A stretch of 64,000 nucleotides of DNA from Paragordius varius (lineage: Eukaryota > Animalia > Nematomorpha). The stretch's first letter is position 1. Every line of letters begins with the position of its first letter. The notes below the pieces were generated by a model. The model was not told the origin of the DNA and made no database searches. It worked only from the letters and a program-made list of their open reading frames with translations. Both the position numbers and the translations under genes were made by a program. The DNA lies in the NCBI GenBank assembly GCA_964247055.1, contig OZ176055.1:7316001-7380000 (forward strand). Direction: 5' to 3'. Positions 1-12,485 of this stretch are shown piece by piece.

Positions 1-866
1 GGCCTGGGCCATATTAGAATAAATTCAAAAAACCAAAAAATATAAAAACAGCAGTTTTAGAAGAGAAAATGCATTGTAACTGTAAACTTATTAAATAATC
101 CTTATAAATGTCCAAAAATGCCTTAAACTTTGTTTTTAATCTTTGGACTTTCGAAATTATAAGCCTCCTTAAGGAAATAAATTATTGATGAGAATGTAAT
201 TTTTTTAAAAAACGAAAAACTTTAAAATGGCTGTTTTGAATGACATAAAAGTAATAAATTAGTGTTTCAAAGATAAAAACTCTCTTGAGTTATCTTTTTT
301 GGACATTCCTTGCCATCTAGACAAAGTTTAAGCTATTTTCATCCATTAGTTTAAAAATATATTAATTACGAAAAACGCTCTCGCTTCGCAGGTTTGTCGC
401 TTCCTATGTCCAATATTAACTATCGATGTAAATAAAACATATTAGTATGCATTTTATAGAGTTTTTATTACTCTTACGAATGATATATTACCGGGCATTT
501 GTTGTATATCAAAGAAAAACATTTTGTTATAATTTTTATTTCAGATTTACTGTTAGGATGATAGTAAATATCAGAAAATGCCTAAAACTCGAGTAGCAGA
601 AAAAATTGTTGTCTGTAGTTATAGGTTGTTTAATCCATTTTTAATAAAGATAACTTAACAGCCTTTAACACAGTTACTATTTTTTTTAAACACTAACTTT
701 CGATGATGCAAGCATTCCTCTCTATATTATTTGTAGCTTTTTTCCTCGATTAGAGCTTTTTTACGATAGTACAAATAAGGGGTTGGAGGTAACTAAGAAT
801 GCACTCATGACAATCAGGCCTTTAAATACCAGTTAAAAGCTTTCAATTATATAATTTTATAATATA

Positions 867-3800
867 CTAGCGTAAATCTCGGGCTGCTACGCGAGGAAGT
901 CCTTCAGACTTCTTAGGGGGGTTTATTGAAAAAAGGGATCAACAAAATTGTGGTCCATATATGTAGATTATTTCGAAACATTATTTAATAGTTATGATCT
1001 CATAGGATTTTAAAAACGGTGCTTCATAGAATACTATGCATTCATACTAATATATTGTTTACTGGTGTGAAGGCCCCAAATCGACTAGCGGAAAAAACCG
1101 CTATATAATTTTTACATTTTTATAGGTGTTATTTAAAGACTTTATTGAACTCGTATGGCTTCTTAAGTTTTTTAAAAATTAGCTCCAAAACTACGCCATT
1201 TTTGTATGGAGTCTCGGTTTTAAACCCCTACCCACAGACCTATATGGAAAAAGCGCTAAGTTAAAATCTTTGCCTTTATAGGGAAAATATTTGGAATCAT
1301 CTCTGATACCATCGTCTCCTGGATTATTCGAAAAATACCTCACTAAATAATCATTATATGATGGCATTTTAGGGCATAAAGGCCCCAAATCGCATGACCC
1401 CAATTTTTACCTAGTTACGGTTAATATTTCAAGCCTTTAATGAGCTTATATGGCTTCATAAATTTTCTGTAAATACGCAATTTCTAAATAGTGGCGCAGT
1501 TTTTAGAGGGTAGCTGCTTACTCAGGGGCTAGTATAAAAAGTGTTGGGCAAAATTTTTGCCTTTATATGGGGAACAGCTGCAATTATCATGGATTCCATA
1601 TGTTCCTATAAATTATTGGAAATATTGCTTTAAACTAAAAAAACATTCTATGGTGGCGCATTTTTAAGGGCGTGAAGGGCCTAATTAACGGCTAATTTTT
1701 AAAAACCCCACGACCTAAATTTTTGCCTTGTTATGGGTATTATTTTAAGCACCTATTGAACTCATATGGTCTGATATGTTTTCTGAAATTTAGCTCCAAA
1801 GGCACGGTATTTTGATATGACGAATCGGTTTTAGCGGGTATCTCCTTATCCGGCAGCCAATATAAAAGAAACGCTCGACTAAAATTTTTGCCTTTCAACA
1901 GGGAATACCTGGAATCCTTATTAAATTTTTACTGTCTATGCTTCTCTGTGACGTAGTCTAACCGATAATCATTCTTAATAATTTGCAATAAATAGAGGTA
2001 ATGGAGATAAAATAATAATAAAAATATTTAATAAAAAGAATGTCTTTAATTATTTTTTTTACGGGTTTTTGTATAGGCTAGCTCAAATATTTACTCGAAT
2101 TGACCATATTTAAACTGTTCCTTATGAAAGTTAATATTCAACTATCATTGGATTTAATTCAAGATTTTCGTTTTACGAAATTATGGTTAGAAGTTTTATT
2201 TTGAAATTGTGTTCACACAGCTGGGATCAAGGGATATAAAAAGTAACTCATTTTTGGTCCCTTTTTAAAGAAAAGAATATACAAATTCGCCAGATATGTG
2301 TTTAACCGAACTCGTATGTCTTCTTAAGTTTTTTAATCAGCTCCAAAACCACGCCATTGTTGTATGGCGTCTCAGTTTTGGACCGGTAGACCCCTACCCA
2401 TAGACATATATTTGAAAGCTCTGATTTAAATTCTTTGCCTTTATATGGCAAATATTTGGAATCATTTTTGATACCATCGTCTCATGGGTATTCGAAAAAT
2501 TACCTTAACACTAAATAATCGTTATATGAAGGCGTATTTTTAGGGGCATAAAGGCCCTAAATAAACGGCTGATTAAAAAAAGCCTGACCTTTTTTATCTA
2601 GTTAAGGGTAATATTTTAATCTTTTAATGAACTCATATGGCTTCATAAATTTCTGTAAATTACCTCCAAAACAACGCGATTTCTATATAGGGCGCAGTTT
2701 TTCTAGTAGCCCCTTACCCAGCCAGGGGCAGGTATAAATAAGCTTTGAGCAAAATTTTGCCTTTATATGGGAAACTGGAATTATCATGGATTCTATATCT
2801 TCCTATTAGACATATAGGTTTCTGAAGTTTGGCCCAAAAAGCATGCTGTATCGATATGGTTTCGCAGTTTTATGCGGATAGCGCCCTAACCAGGGGCGAA
2901 ACAAAAAAACGATCGATTTAAATTTTTACCTTGATTTATGTAATACCTGGAATCATGACTAATTCTATATGCTCTTGTGGGATTTTCGAAAAATGCTTTA
3001 AAACCAAAAAGTGATTCTATGGTGGCCCATTTTTCAGGGCAAGGGCCTAATAGAGGGTTAATTTAATAAAACCGCTCTACTTAAATTTTTGCGTTTTTAC
3101 GGGTAATATTTCAAGCCCTTTAACTCATATGTGATAAATATTAATTTGCCTCCAAAGTCACGCTGTATCGATATAATGGCGCAGCTGTTGGCGGGTAGCC
3201 CCCTACCCTGAGATAAATATAAAAAAGACGCTTAAAATTGCCTTTATAGGGAAATGCCTAGAATCATCATTCTTTCAATATGTTCTGATTAGTTTTTTGG
3301 AAGAATGGCTTTAAAACTAAATAATAGTTCACTGATAGCGCATTTTTTAGGGCGTAAAGGGCCTAATTAATGGCTAATTTAAAAAACCGCTCGAATCAAG
3401 TTTTTGCCCTTTTACAGGTAATATTTCAGGCCCTCATTAAACTTATATGGCCTGATAGGTTTTCTGAAAATTAACTCCTAAAGAATGCAATTTTGATATG
3501 GTGGCGGATTAGGCGTGTAGCTCCCTACCCATAGGCTGATACAAAAAAAGCGCTTGATTAAATTTTTGCCTTTTTACGGAGAATATCTGGAATTATGATT
3601 GATTCCATATGCTCTCATTAGTTTTTGGAAAAAATACCTTAAAACTAAAAAATCATTCTATGGTGGCGCATTTTTAAGGGCATGAAGGGCCTAATTAGCA
3701 GCTAATTTTAAAAAAACCGCACCATCTAAATTTTTGCCTTGTTACGGGTAATATTTTAAGCAGCTATTGAACTCATATGGCCTGTTAGGTTTTCTGAAAA

Positions 3801-4329
3801 GCCCCAAAGGCACGCTGTTTCGATTTAACGGGTAAGTTTTTAGCGGGTATCTCCTTACCCAGCAGCTATCATCAAAAAAACTCTTGACTAAAATTTTTGC
3901 CTTTTAACAGGGAATACCTGGGAATCTTATTTGATTTTTACGGTCTTATACTTTGGGCGAAAAATAGATTCAAAAAATATTTTTGTGGACTTAAGCAGGT
4001 AAAAAGAGGGCCTAAATTAAAAAAGCGAGCCGACTATGTTCGGTGCAATCCAGAAAAAGTCAAAAAAAATCATATTTGAAATCGAATGGTCCAACACGTT
4101 TTCCGGAACATTGTCTCAAAGACATAATTTTTGTGGACTTGTGTTTTCTAAAAAACCCGTTTTTACACGGGGTGGGTCCGAACTGGGGGCCTAATTAAAA
4201 AAAGGGCGTAGCTATTGTCGGGGCATTCATTAATGATTATATTTTTTCGATATTTGGATTTGAATGGGTCTACCGGTTTTCCGGAAACAAATCACAAAGC
4301 CACCACTTTCCATTTTATACATATATAGA
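867..4329 (-). mobile_element. Non-autonomous Helitron-like element (longest copy) with internal tandem-repeat array
   Basis: On the minus strand it starts A|TCTATATAT at 4329 and ends GCAGCCCGAG-ATTTACG-CTAG|T at 867. This gives the TC...CTAG termini, A|T insertion site, subterminal hairpin and no TSD expected of a Helitron. The interior has recurring ~160-170-bp units containing AAATTTTTGCCTTT. No Rep/helicase ORF. The same termini recur at 26358, 29394 and 46748. Confidence 0.85.
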
Positions 4330-5068
4330 TTATTAATAAAACTTAGCATAGTGGTAAATACCTATATTCAATAAGGAAATATATTAATATTTTATCAAAA
4401 TTTTATGGTTTGTAACTATAAAGCCAATTTAAATCATTGTTAAAGGAAATTTTTTACATTTGCAGTAGGGATGTTGCATTTATAAGCGGTCAGACCAGCA
4501 ATTTTTTCTAGACAGGTTAAAAACTCAACCTAATATACGAGATATTTTTTAAACCGTATACACAGTTACCACTTTCCTTTAATCCAATTTTAGATTGTCA
4601 AATGAAATCTAATATAACTCATTTAAATCTATCTTCAATAGGACTATTTACATCTTGTTAATATGTTTAATTAAATTTAAGTATGTATGGTATAATTATG
4701 TAATGATTAATGATATGATATTGGTCCCTTGTTTAAAAAACATCAAAATAAAATTGTTTAAAGTAAACCTTGATATAAAAGAAGGCAAATCTTACCATAT
4801 AATTTATTTAAATCATTTATATAAAAAAAAATTTAAACTGGCAAATTTAAGGGAGATATCTCTTCTAATTTGTTACTAATGTTAAAGATAATGATAAAAT
4901 CATTGTAGTGTTGTACTGTGAAAAGATATATAATTTTAATATAAGTGCCATCCAGCGCAATTAATTTCTAGGCAAAAAAACAGCAGGGGAGCATTGCTTA
5001 ACGCAGCAGCATATTAATTATTTATAAATCACTCACTTTTTTTATTTTATAGTTTATATTTTGCAGAC

Positions 5069-5106
<38 letters not shown>

Positions 5107-5949
5107 TTATCACCTTTAATGTTTAAAAATTAGGTATATATATACCTGCCCTGTTTTCACTAGAATTATAGCTTTTTCGAGATTTTTGAACAGTAATATA
5201 ATTTTATTACACATCATTAATTTTGTTTATGTGTGTGTAAATAGAGCAATTAAATACAAATGGATGATTTGGAAAATGCCAACTTAGCAACATTTTTATA
5301 TTTATAAAATATTTATAATTATTTATATTTTTATGTAACTTTTAGAATATTTACTATTTTGGACGAAAGAGCGCCCAAAAGCGACAAATTTTAAACACGC
5401 AATGTCCATTCATTTGGGGTTGTTTTAGATTTCGTTGAAGATACTATATATCTAAATATTAGGAATTTTTCTAATTTCTATAGATTCTTTCAATGGTGAT
5501 ATAACTCATGTTTTTGGAGATCCAAGCATTTAAGTATGATTAATGTTAGCCTCAATGTTTTAACTTATTTTAGACTGAGAGAGTTAAAAATAAAATTATT
5601 ATGCACGTAAATTATTTAGGTATATCCCGTTTTCCCCCTCCTCCCAATATAAATTATTAATTAATTGGCAATTTTTATCATAACCAGAAATGATGAATTT
5701 CCAGGGGGTCATATATGTATCTTATAAAAAATATCATATTTATCATATATAAGTTCATTCGCTTAAACTGAGACTCTTCATTAATGCATAACAATTATAC
5801 TTGCTTTATCTATTTGGCAAAAAAACATATTTTGACGAATTGCGCTAAATTATATTTAACCTATGGGGAAGGGAGTTCATTAGGTTTTACACAATCTAAA
5901 CATTTAAGTTGGTTTAGTTGGTTAGGAAACCAAAATGCAATTATTTAAA

Positions 5950-6450
5950 AATAGCACATAAATCAGATATCAAAAAAACGGCAATTAAAATATAGTCAAC
6001 CACAAGAAAAATTTATTATGACTTTTAGTATGCATAATAATCGATCTATATTAATAAAGTTGCTCCATTTCGAAAAAATATCATTAAATATTAAATTGAA
6101 AGATATGTTATAAATATTGATCGATAGCTGGTCAGACGTGCATGTATTCAACTGCTTTTATCTCAAATAGTTTTGAGAATCAATATCAACACTAATCGCT
6201 ATATGATTCTAAGTGAAATGGGTCGACGATTATGTTAAATAACTGTTTTCCGATTTAACTTTGAAAAATCTTATCCTACTGAAGAAACAAATGAATTATA
6301 ATCAATATCAAGGAGTTATTAATAGAACTATCATTGGCTAGTATAATGGAAAAATTTGCGAAAATTTAAATTTTTGATTAAATGCGCAAAAATAAAAAAC
6401 CTGATACGCTTTCTAAATTTCTGTTTATCCAAGTTGTTTTGAAAATAATA
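5950..6450 (+). pseudogene. Possible highly decayed hAT (DUF659-type) transposase remnant
   Basis: Fragments ILIDSWSDVH (~6115-6145) and MGRRL (~6218) resemble the D-x-W-S/T-D region seen in the better preserved copy at 23730. Many stops and frameshifts. Confidence 0.3.
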
Positions 6451-8471
6451 ATATATTTCCCAAAACATTTCAATACGGAAGATGCGTATCGATAATATAT
6501 TTTATGAAATATATTTTTTCAATCAAAGCAATTTTATCAGCTATAATTTTGAAATAGTCTTTATATGTTAATAAATTTATACCTAGCTGAGATAAAAAAC
6601 TTTCATCAAATCTGTTTTGTTTTATATATAAAATATGGAAAAAAGTAAAAGTAAAAAAGTCAAACACAATAAAAACCGCACAAAAAGGGGTTTGATTGTA
6701 TGGAGTACAATGTGCATAACTTTATATTTAAGGTTCGGTGATCCAATAAATAAGGTCATATCAAACTTTTAGAGGTTATTGCACATTTTTCATATAACAT
6801 TATTGATTTGATGATAATTGGCGTTATTTTTACATTTTTGAATTAAAACCATTTGATTGCCAAAATGTTTGAATCTTAAATCCTAATTATTTCCACTAAT
6901 CCTAATGTTTTGGTCGTAAAGGATACCTGTACCCATATAAGTTTAATTATATTACTCATGTATTAAATATAACATTATATATTTGATGAAAATTTATTTA
7001 GTCAAAATAAATGATATGGCGTTATTTTTCTAAAAGTTAAGCAACCTTTTATTATTATATAATACATTTTTTAATTTGATTTAAAAGCATTTCATTAATT
7101 TTTGCCAAAATGTTTGAATCTTAAATCCTAATTATTTCCACTAATCCTAATTACATAATTATTTAAGTATTTATTTATATTAGTTTCTTTAAATACAAAT
7201 TATATTTCGCTAAATTAATTCAGTTTGTCGTCAAAGGGTACCTCTACCTATGAATTATAAGTTCAATATATACTCATGTACATCTGTAATTCAATTCTTA
7301 TGTAAAGAAAAAATTTTACAATATAATACACTAATTAATATAATAGAGCCTAATCTATACGGTAGAAGCTTTAGAATTAATTAGAATTAATCAGATTACT
7401 TAGGTTACAATATTGATAAGTACTGAGAATTTAACTGATGTCTGCCGTAAAAACTTGAACAAGTTTGATGTAAAAAGATAAGGTAAACAAGGTCGAAAAA
7501 GCTTATACAGTATGCATTACATTATTTTTGAAGAATTGTCAATATAGTAGCGTAGGGTTATGAAACAACAAATGGTTGCAATTACAATTATATCCTATTT
7601 TACAACATTAAATTTTATTTAATTATAAATAAAATTTGTTTTATACAATATGCTACTGTATTACCGAGTGACCGACAATAATATGAATTGATTAACATTA
7701 CTCTGCATACTGCTGTAGTCATCTTCAAAAATGCAATTAAGTAAGGCTCGTATTATATTTCTATGTTTTTTTAAGTTATACTTTTAGGATCTGATTATTT
7801 TCGGCTTCCTCTATATTAATTAGAAATCATTTTTAAATCTTTTAAATTTAATCCTATCATACATAACCTTTTAAATACTTGTCTTATTAATCCAAATTTT
7901 TATATTCTTTTTTTGCAAAATATAGGAAAAGGGGTGTCTATAACCCCATTTTGTTAAAATTTTTCCAACAACAGTTGGTTTTGGTAAACATCAAAAGTCT
8001 AGGTATTGGACAATACTATAAATATATTAAAGTCATATGAAATTAATGTGTAGAAACGATTGTAACACACATATATATATTTATATATAATAAAAAAATT
8101 TTTAATCCGATATATTTATATTAATGACATATAGCAAGCTTAAAATATCATTAATAATCTATATTATTAATATATATATATATATATATATATATAATTG
8201 ATTCACACAGCATATTTTTGGAGAGGGGATAGGTATCATTGATTAGTTTTTAAACGTATTTGCTTTCTAAATTAAAGATATTTTATTTGTTAACCTTTTC
8301 TGTTTTTCCCTCTCTGCAGGAAGGATTTAAGTCAGTCCTACCATTACTTTTGTAATTTTTTGTATAATACAAAACTTGAATTTTGAAGAAAAAACATATT
8401 TACACCCACTTTATTATAATTAAAAATTCATCCTCAGTATATTTTCATTTTCAATTTTTTATCCCAAAAAA

Positions 8472-8895
8472 ATGTTGTTTAATACGGCTTCAAAGATCCA
8501 TAAATTGGTATGTACTATCATATTATTATTACTTATTGCTGGGTTTGACAATCCTGGAGTCGCCAAAGTCTATGCTTTGACTGAACCTCAATTTGAAAAC
8601 AGAGTTTAGTAAGTATTAATAATCACTTTACAGACTTTTCGACCTTTTCATATTACTCATTAAATAATTTTTAAATTGAGCTCGTAAGCACTAAATAATA
8701 TAATATAGGGTTGTCAATTGCCCCCAATTATATTTATAATTTTAAAATTTTAAATTAAACTTTAATTCTTTTAGTGAAAGAAGAGCAGCTGCTTGGGTCC
8801 CTAGCAGTCGATATGGTCGTTCTGGTCCGGAAAAACGAAGTTTGCCACTATTTTCTCATTTGTGGATTAAAAATAATTTTAATGCAATTTTATAA
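8472..8895 (+). CDS. Neuropeptide precursor (85 aa), predicted mature peptide AAAWVPSSRY-amide, luqin/RYamide-like
   Basis: join(8472..8608,8775..8895), with a phase-2 intron GTAAGT...TTCTTTTAG. Protein MLFNTASKIHKLVCTIILLLLIAGFDNPGVAKVYALTEPQFENRVYERRAAAWVPSSRYGRSGPEKRSLPLFSHLWIKNNFNAIL*. It has a hydrophobic signal-type N-terminus, RR before the peptide, a G-R amidation/cleavage signal and a later KR. A strong upstream acceptor (TTTTTCCCTCTCTGCAG, ending 8319) suggests a 5' UTR intron. Not in the ORF track, which reports only wrong-frame overlaps. Confidence 0.8.
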
Positions 8896-10504
8896 TTTCC
8901 GTAATTTCGTATCGCTTTTTGATGATCATCGCTTTAAATTTGAAATATCATTAATTTTGCAATAAAAGTAATTAGATTTAATAACTATATAATTTTGAAA
9001 AATTAAATTTTTGACATGTAATTTTTCCATAATAATATAGACGGAAATGAATTAGTGTGTTGGTGGGGAGGTCAGGAAATTCGCCCAGGTTATATGATAT
9101 ATATATAACTCAACTTATTTCGTTATAATTTTTAAGCCTTTAGATATTTATTTGGAAATTTTTTTTGTAATGTTGGTAAAAACTAACCACCGCATAGCCT
9201 ATTTATAAAGCGAATTGAATTTTAGTTTTATGGCACGGAAAAATACATGGTTTTTTTATATGATTGAATTAAAAAATCATAACTTAGAGTTAAATCCAAC
9301 CAATTTTGTGCAAAACAAACTGTTTGTTTATAAATTTTTATTTTTGATAAACTCCAAAAGTCTTATAATTTGGAAACCTAATAAAATGGGTTAGTTTGCC
9401 TGAATTGTATACCAATTTTTATAATTGATAAAATTTTCAAGCTACACCGAAAAATTAAGGATTTTTGCGAAAAAGCATAATTTGTTTATTAAAATTAAAA
9501 ATTGGTTCAATTTTACAAATTGCATAAAATTTTGGTGTCCACTACAAAATATTTTGATGATTGAATATAAAAATCCTTAAAAAATCAAACATGTAAAGGA
9601 TGCTAATTTATTAAACCCAATTTGTCGATTCATAGCCATTGTACATGGGTGTATATTCAAAAATAAGTTTTGTAAGAGATAACACAGAGATAAAGATATG
9701 AATCCTACTTAAGACTTGGACCCCCTCGCAACTTGAGTGGGTAATCTTTTATTCGGTTTCAACACCTTTTCTTTTTAAACATGAAGTAATACACATCTAC
9801 AGCCATGATACCAAATATAGCCCCAAAAATTTTAATTTTCTTACGTTTTCTCCTAAAGTGCTTCAATCAAAATTAATGAAATTAAAATTAAATGAATTAT
9901 GGTAATTATATAATCCAGTCCCCATTTTATGGTATTATAAAATATTTAAGCAGTAAATTGGTTATATTCAAAAAATTTATTTAATCTAAGTTGTACTATA
10001 TTGGCTGTTATAATTTTGAAAAATAAATACAATTAATTATATGATTATGGCGAGAATGACGGCAATATATAAACTAAACCTATTTAGGTAAAAAATTATG
10101 AATTTTTTGAAGATTTTAAGCATTATATTAAGTACAGTTATTAAAATATTGATATTATTAAGTATTATACTCTGTAAAATAAAGTAGTTGATAATTATAT
10201 AACATTCATAATGGTGGCTATGACCGTGAATGACCGTATAGAAAAGATAAAAGCTTGTGATTTTTAAATTTAAGGCGAAATTTGAAGGGGCATCGTTTTT
10301 TAAAGCAAAATCCCTCTTTGATTCGAGTAAATTGTTTGTTTTCAAACTGTTTTCACAATATAACAGCATATCAGTGAGCATTCATCTCAATATATTAAGT
10401 TTGGTGTGTTTCAGATTCCAAGGATAAAAATGCATTAGGTATAGTGTTAAGTATTTACTGGTTTTTAGTACATAAAAACACTGTCATTGTAAATTTATTA
10501 ATTT

Positions 10505-11739
10505 TATTTATTTTGCCCATTAATTTCTAAGCATTTCGCCCATCTTTAAACTATTTATATGCTATAAAAACTGATTGTCCTTTGCACCAGTTTTTAAGGT
10601 GTTCTGATCAGCGTATGCTCCATAGATGCAAAGAGGAAATAGTCAGATGGCACCATGGAGGAGTACAGTGAATGTGGAAGAATTTCCCATCTAAGCGATT
10701 TTAGGACATCTATCACTAGTTTTGCAGTGTCATGCAAAATATATTACCATGTCTTCTGGCCCATTTGGTTGTTTTTCGATTATTGCATGACTCATATTAA
10801 TTATTTATTGGCGATAGCGTTGTGAATTAACGGTTTTATCTGCTTCAGAGTTTATAACACACATAACCGCTTTTCACCAAATGGAGGAGCATGGTATTTC
10901 TAGCGAAGTGATTTGGCATTGGTGTAGATGGATCGGCTTGAAATGGAAAAAGCCACGATTTTTTCCGCTTTTAATTTACATTGTAAACCCGCTTCTCATT
11001 CCCCGTTACAATTCGATAAAAATGATTTTGATCCTGAACAGGATTTCACAAGGACTTTGCGATTTTTGATTTGACGTTCATTTAAATTGGGTGATGCCCA
11101 TTGACCGAGCTTTGTCTATCCTATTATTTGTGGACTTATATACCATTTACAGTTCAAATTCACCCTTGAACAATTCAAATTCACCCTCGAACAATTCAAA
11201 TTCACCCTTGAACAATTCAAATTCACCATAAAAATAAATTGTGTGTTTTCGAACTATAATTCATAATATGAAATTTATCTTTATAGCATATTTTATTTTC
11301 TTAGTATTATTTTAATTTGAATCAAAATCTTTATTTTTTAAAAATATAATAATATAGAGGTAATTTTTAATATTGAAAAACATATATTTTAATTGAGGGT
11401 GAATTTGAATTGTTCGAGGGTGAATTTGAATTGTTCAAGGGTGAATTTGAATTGTTTAAGGGTGAATTTGAATTGTAAATGGTATATTATGATATATGTA
11501 ATGCTTCTAATTAGAGTTAAGTCATCATCTAATAACTCGCATTTTATGGTCTTTGTAGTTGGGTCGTCTTCCAAAACGCCCACTCTCTTCGCATTCAAAT
11601 GGCAACTCTTAAAATTTATAAACCATGTTTCAATTAAAGCCTGTTCACCATATGTTTTACCAGCAAAGCTATTCTTCTGAAGAAGTAAAAAAAGTGAGGC
11701 GTGCCGCAAATGTTCTTTTTCAGGCATGAAATTCGACAT
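10505..11739 (-). pseudogene. Decayed mariner transposase, interrupted by a MITE
   Basis: Minus-strand fragments in mariner order: MSNFMPEKEHLRH..., ASPNLNERQ (WVPHEL region), RIVTGNEK, LRWEILPHSLYS...PSDYFLF (YSPDLAPSDY region) and RWAKCLE. Frameshifted. Confidence 0.85.
11141..11484. mobile_element. MITE with TIRs built from 21-bp tandem repeats (copy 1)
   Basis: TA|TACCATTTACA...TGTAAATGGTA|TA. The arms consist of repeated AACAATTCAAATTCACCCTTG in inverted orientation. Sits inside the mariner relic. Further copies at 14499, 20016 and 59993. Confidence 0.85.
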
Positions 11740-12485
11740 GAATACCTCTAACGACGGATTCAACTAATGTGTATTTGTTGTTAATGTTAAATGAATAACG
11801 TAGGTGTGTTTCAAATTAATTAGCTGGGTACCTTTCACTGATGTCTTCTCTTAGTTAAACCGTAAAACTTATGAAGTTTGGTGAAAAATTGCATTTTCCC
11901 TTATTTTATTTAAGTGATCATTTGTCTAAAATTTGGTTTTCGAAAAGTAAATGCCGGTAAAACATGTATATGTCAAAAAAAGATTGATATTTCACACAAT
12001 TTTCAAGAGTCAAGTCTTGGCTTGAAAAGTGTCCGCAACAGATATTCATTATTATAAAAGGCAAAAATAGAAAAAAATGTCCAAATTGATTCACCGACAT
12101 AAAATTATATAAATGTATGACATACTATTTCAATATATCCATGTGATTTCCTTATACAAAAATGTATTTAATTTTGATGAAATAAAGATTTTTATAAATC
12201 TAGTCATGTTGCAGGAAGATCCCAGAAAACTCATAAAGTACCCGTGGAAATAGTGCTTGTCTAATCTATCAATATATATAATCTTTTATTAACATTAAAA
12301 TAGTTAGCTTTCTCTGTGGATATTTTATTTCAAAATATATTTATATGGATATTAAATTATATGTCTATATTATGTGAAACTTCAATTATTCATATTTATG
12401 CCTTTTACAAACACCTAAAAAACAAAATTAATAAATTTATTAACAAATATCACAAAATTGTTTTAATGTATTATAGGGAGATTTT

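Noticed and set aside
7400-7760. Slightly GC-richer stretch that might be coding
   Set aside because: No frame stays open, and I could not match any motif or consistent splice pair.
8793-8820. Assigning the peptide to NPF/NPY, sNPF or MIP/allatostatin-B
   Set aside because: There is no ~36-residue PP-fold peptide or RxRF-amide, no LRLRF-amide and no W-x6-W-amide. RY-amide with W-x-P fits luqin/RYamide better.
8383-8965. ORF-track entries 8383..8580 and 8774..8965
   Set aside because: They are alternative frames over the two neuropeptide exons. The spliced frame explains the GC-richer islands and the GTAAGT/TTTTAG sites.
11389-11763. ORFs with LQFKFTLEQFKFTL / RVNLNCS repeats (also 14280..14615, 20245..20427) as repeat proteins, or the 21-bp units as a CRISPR array
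   Set aside because: They are translations of MITE arms. The units are directly tandem with no unique spacers, the DNA is eukaryotic and there are no cas genes.
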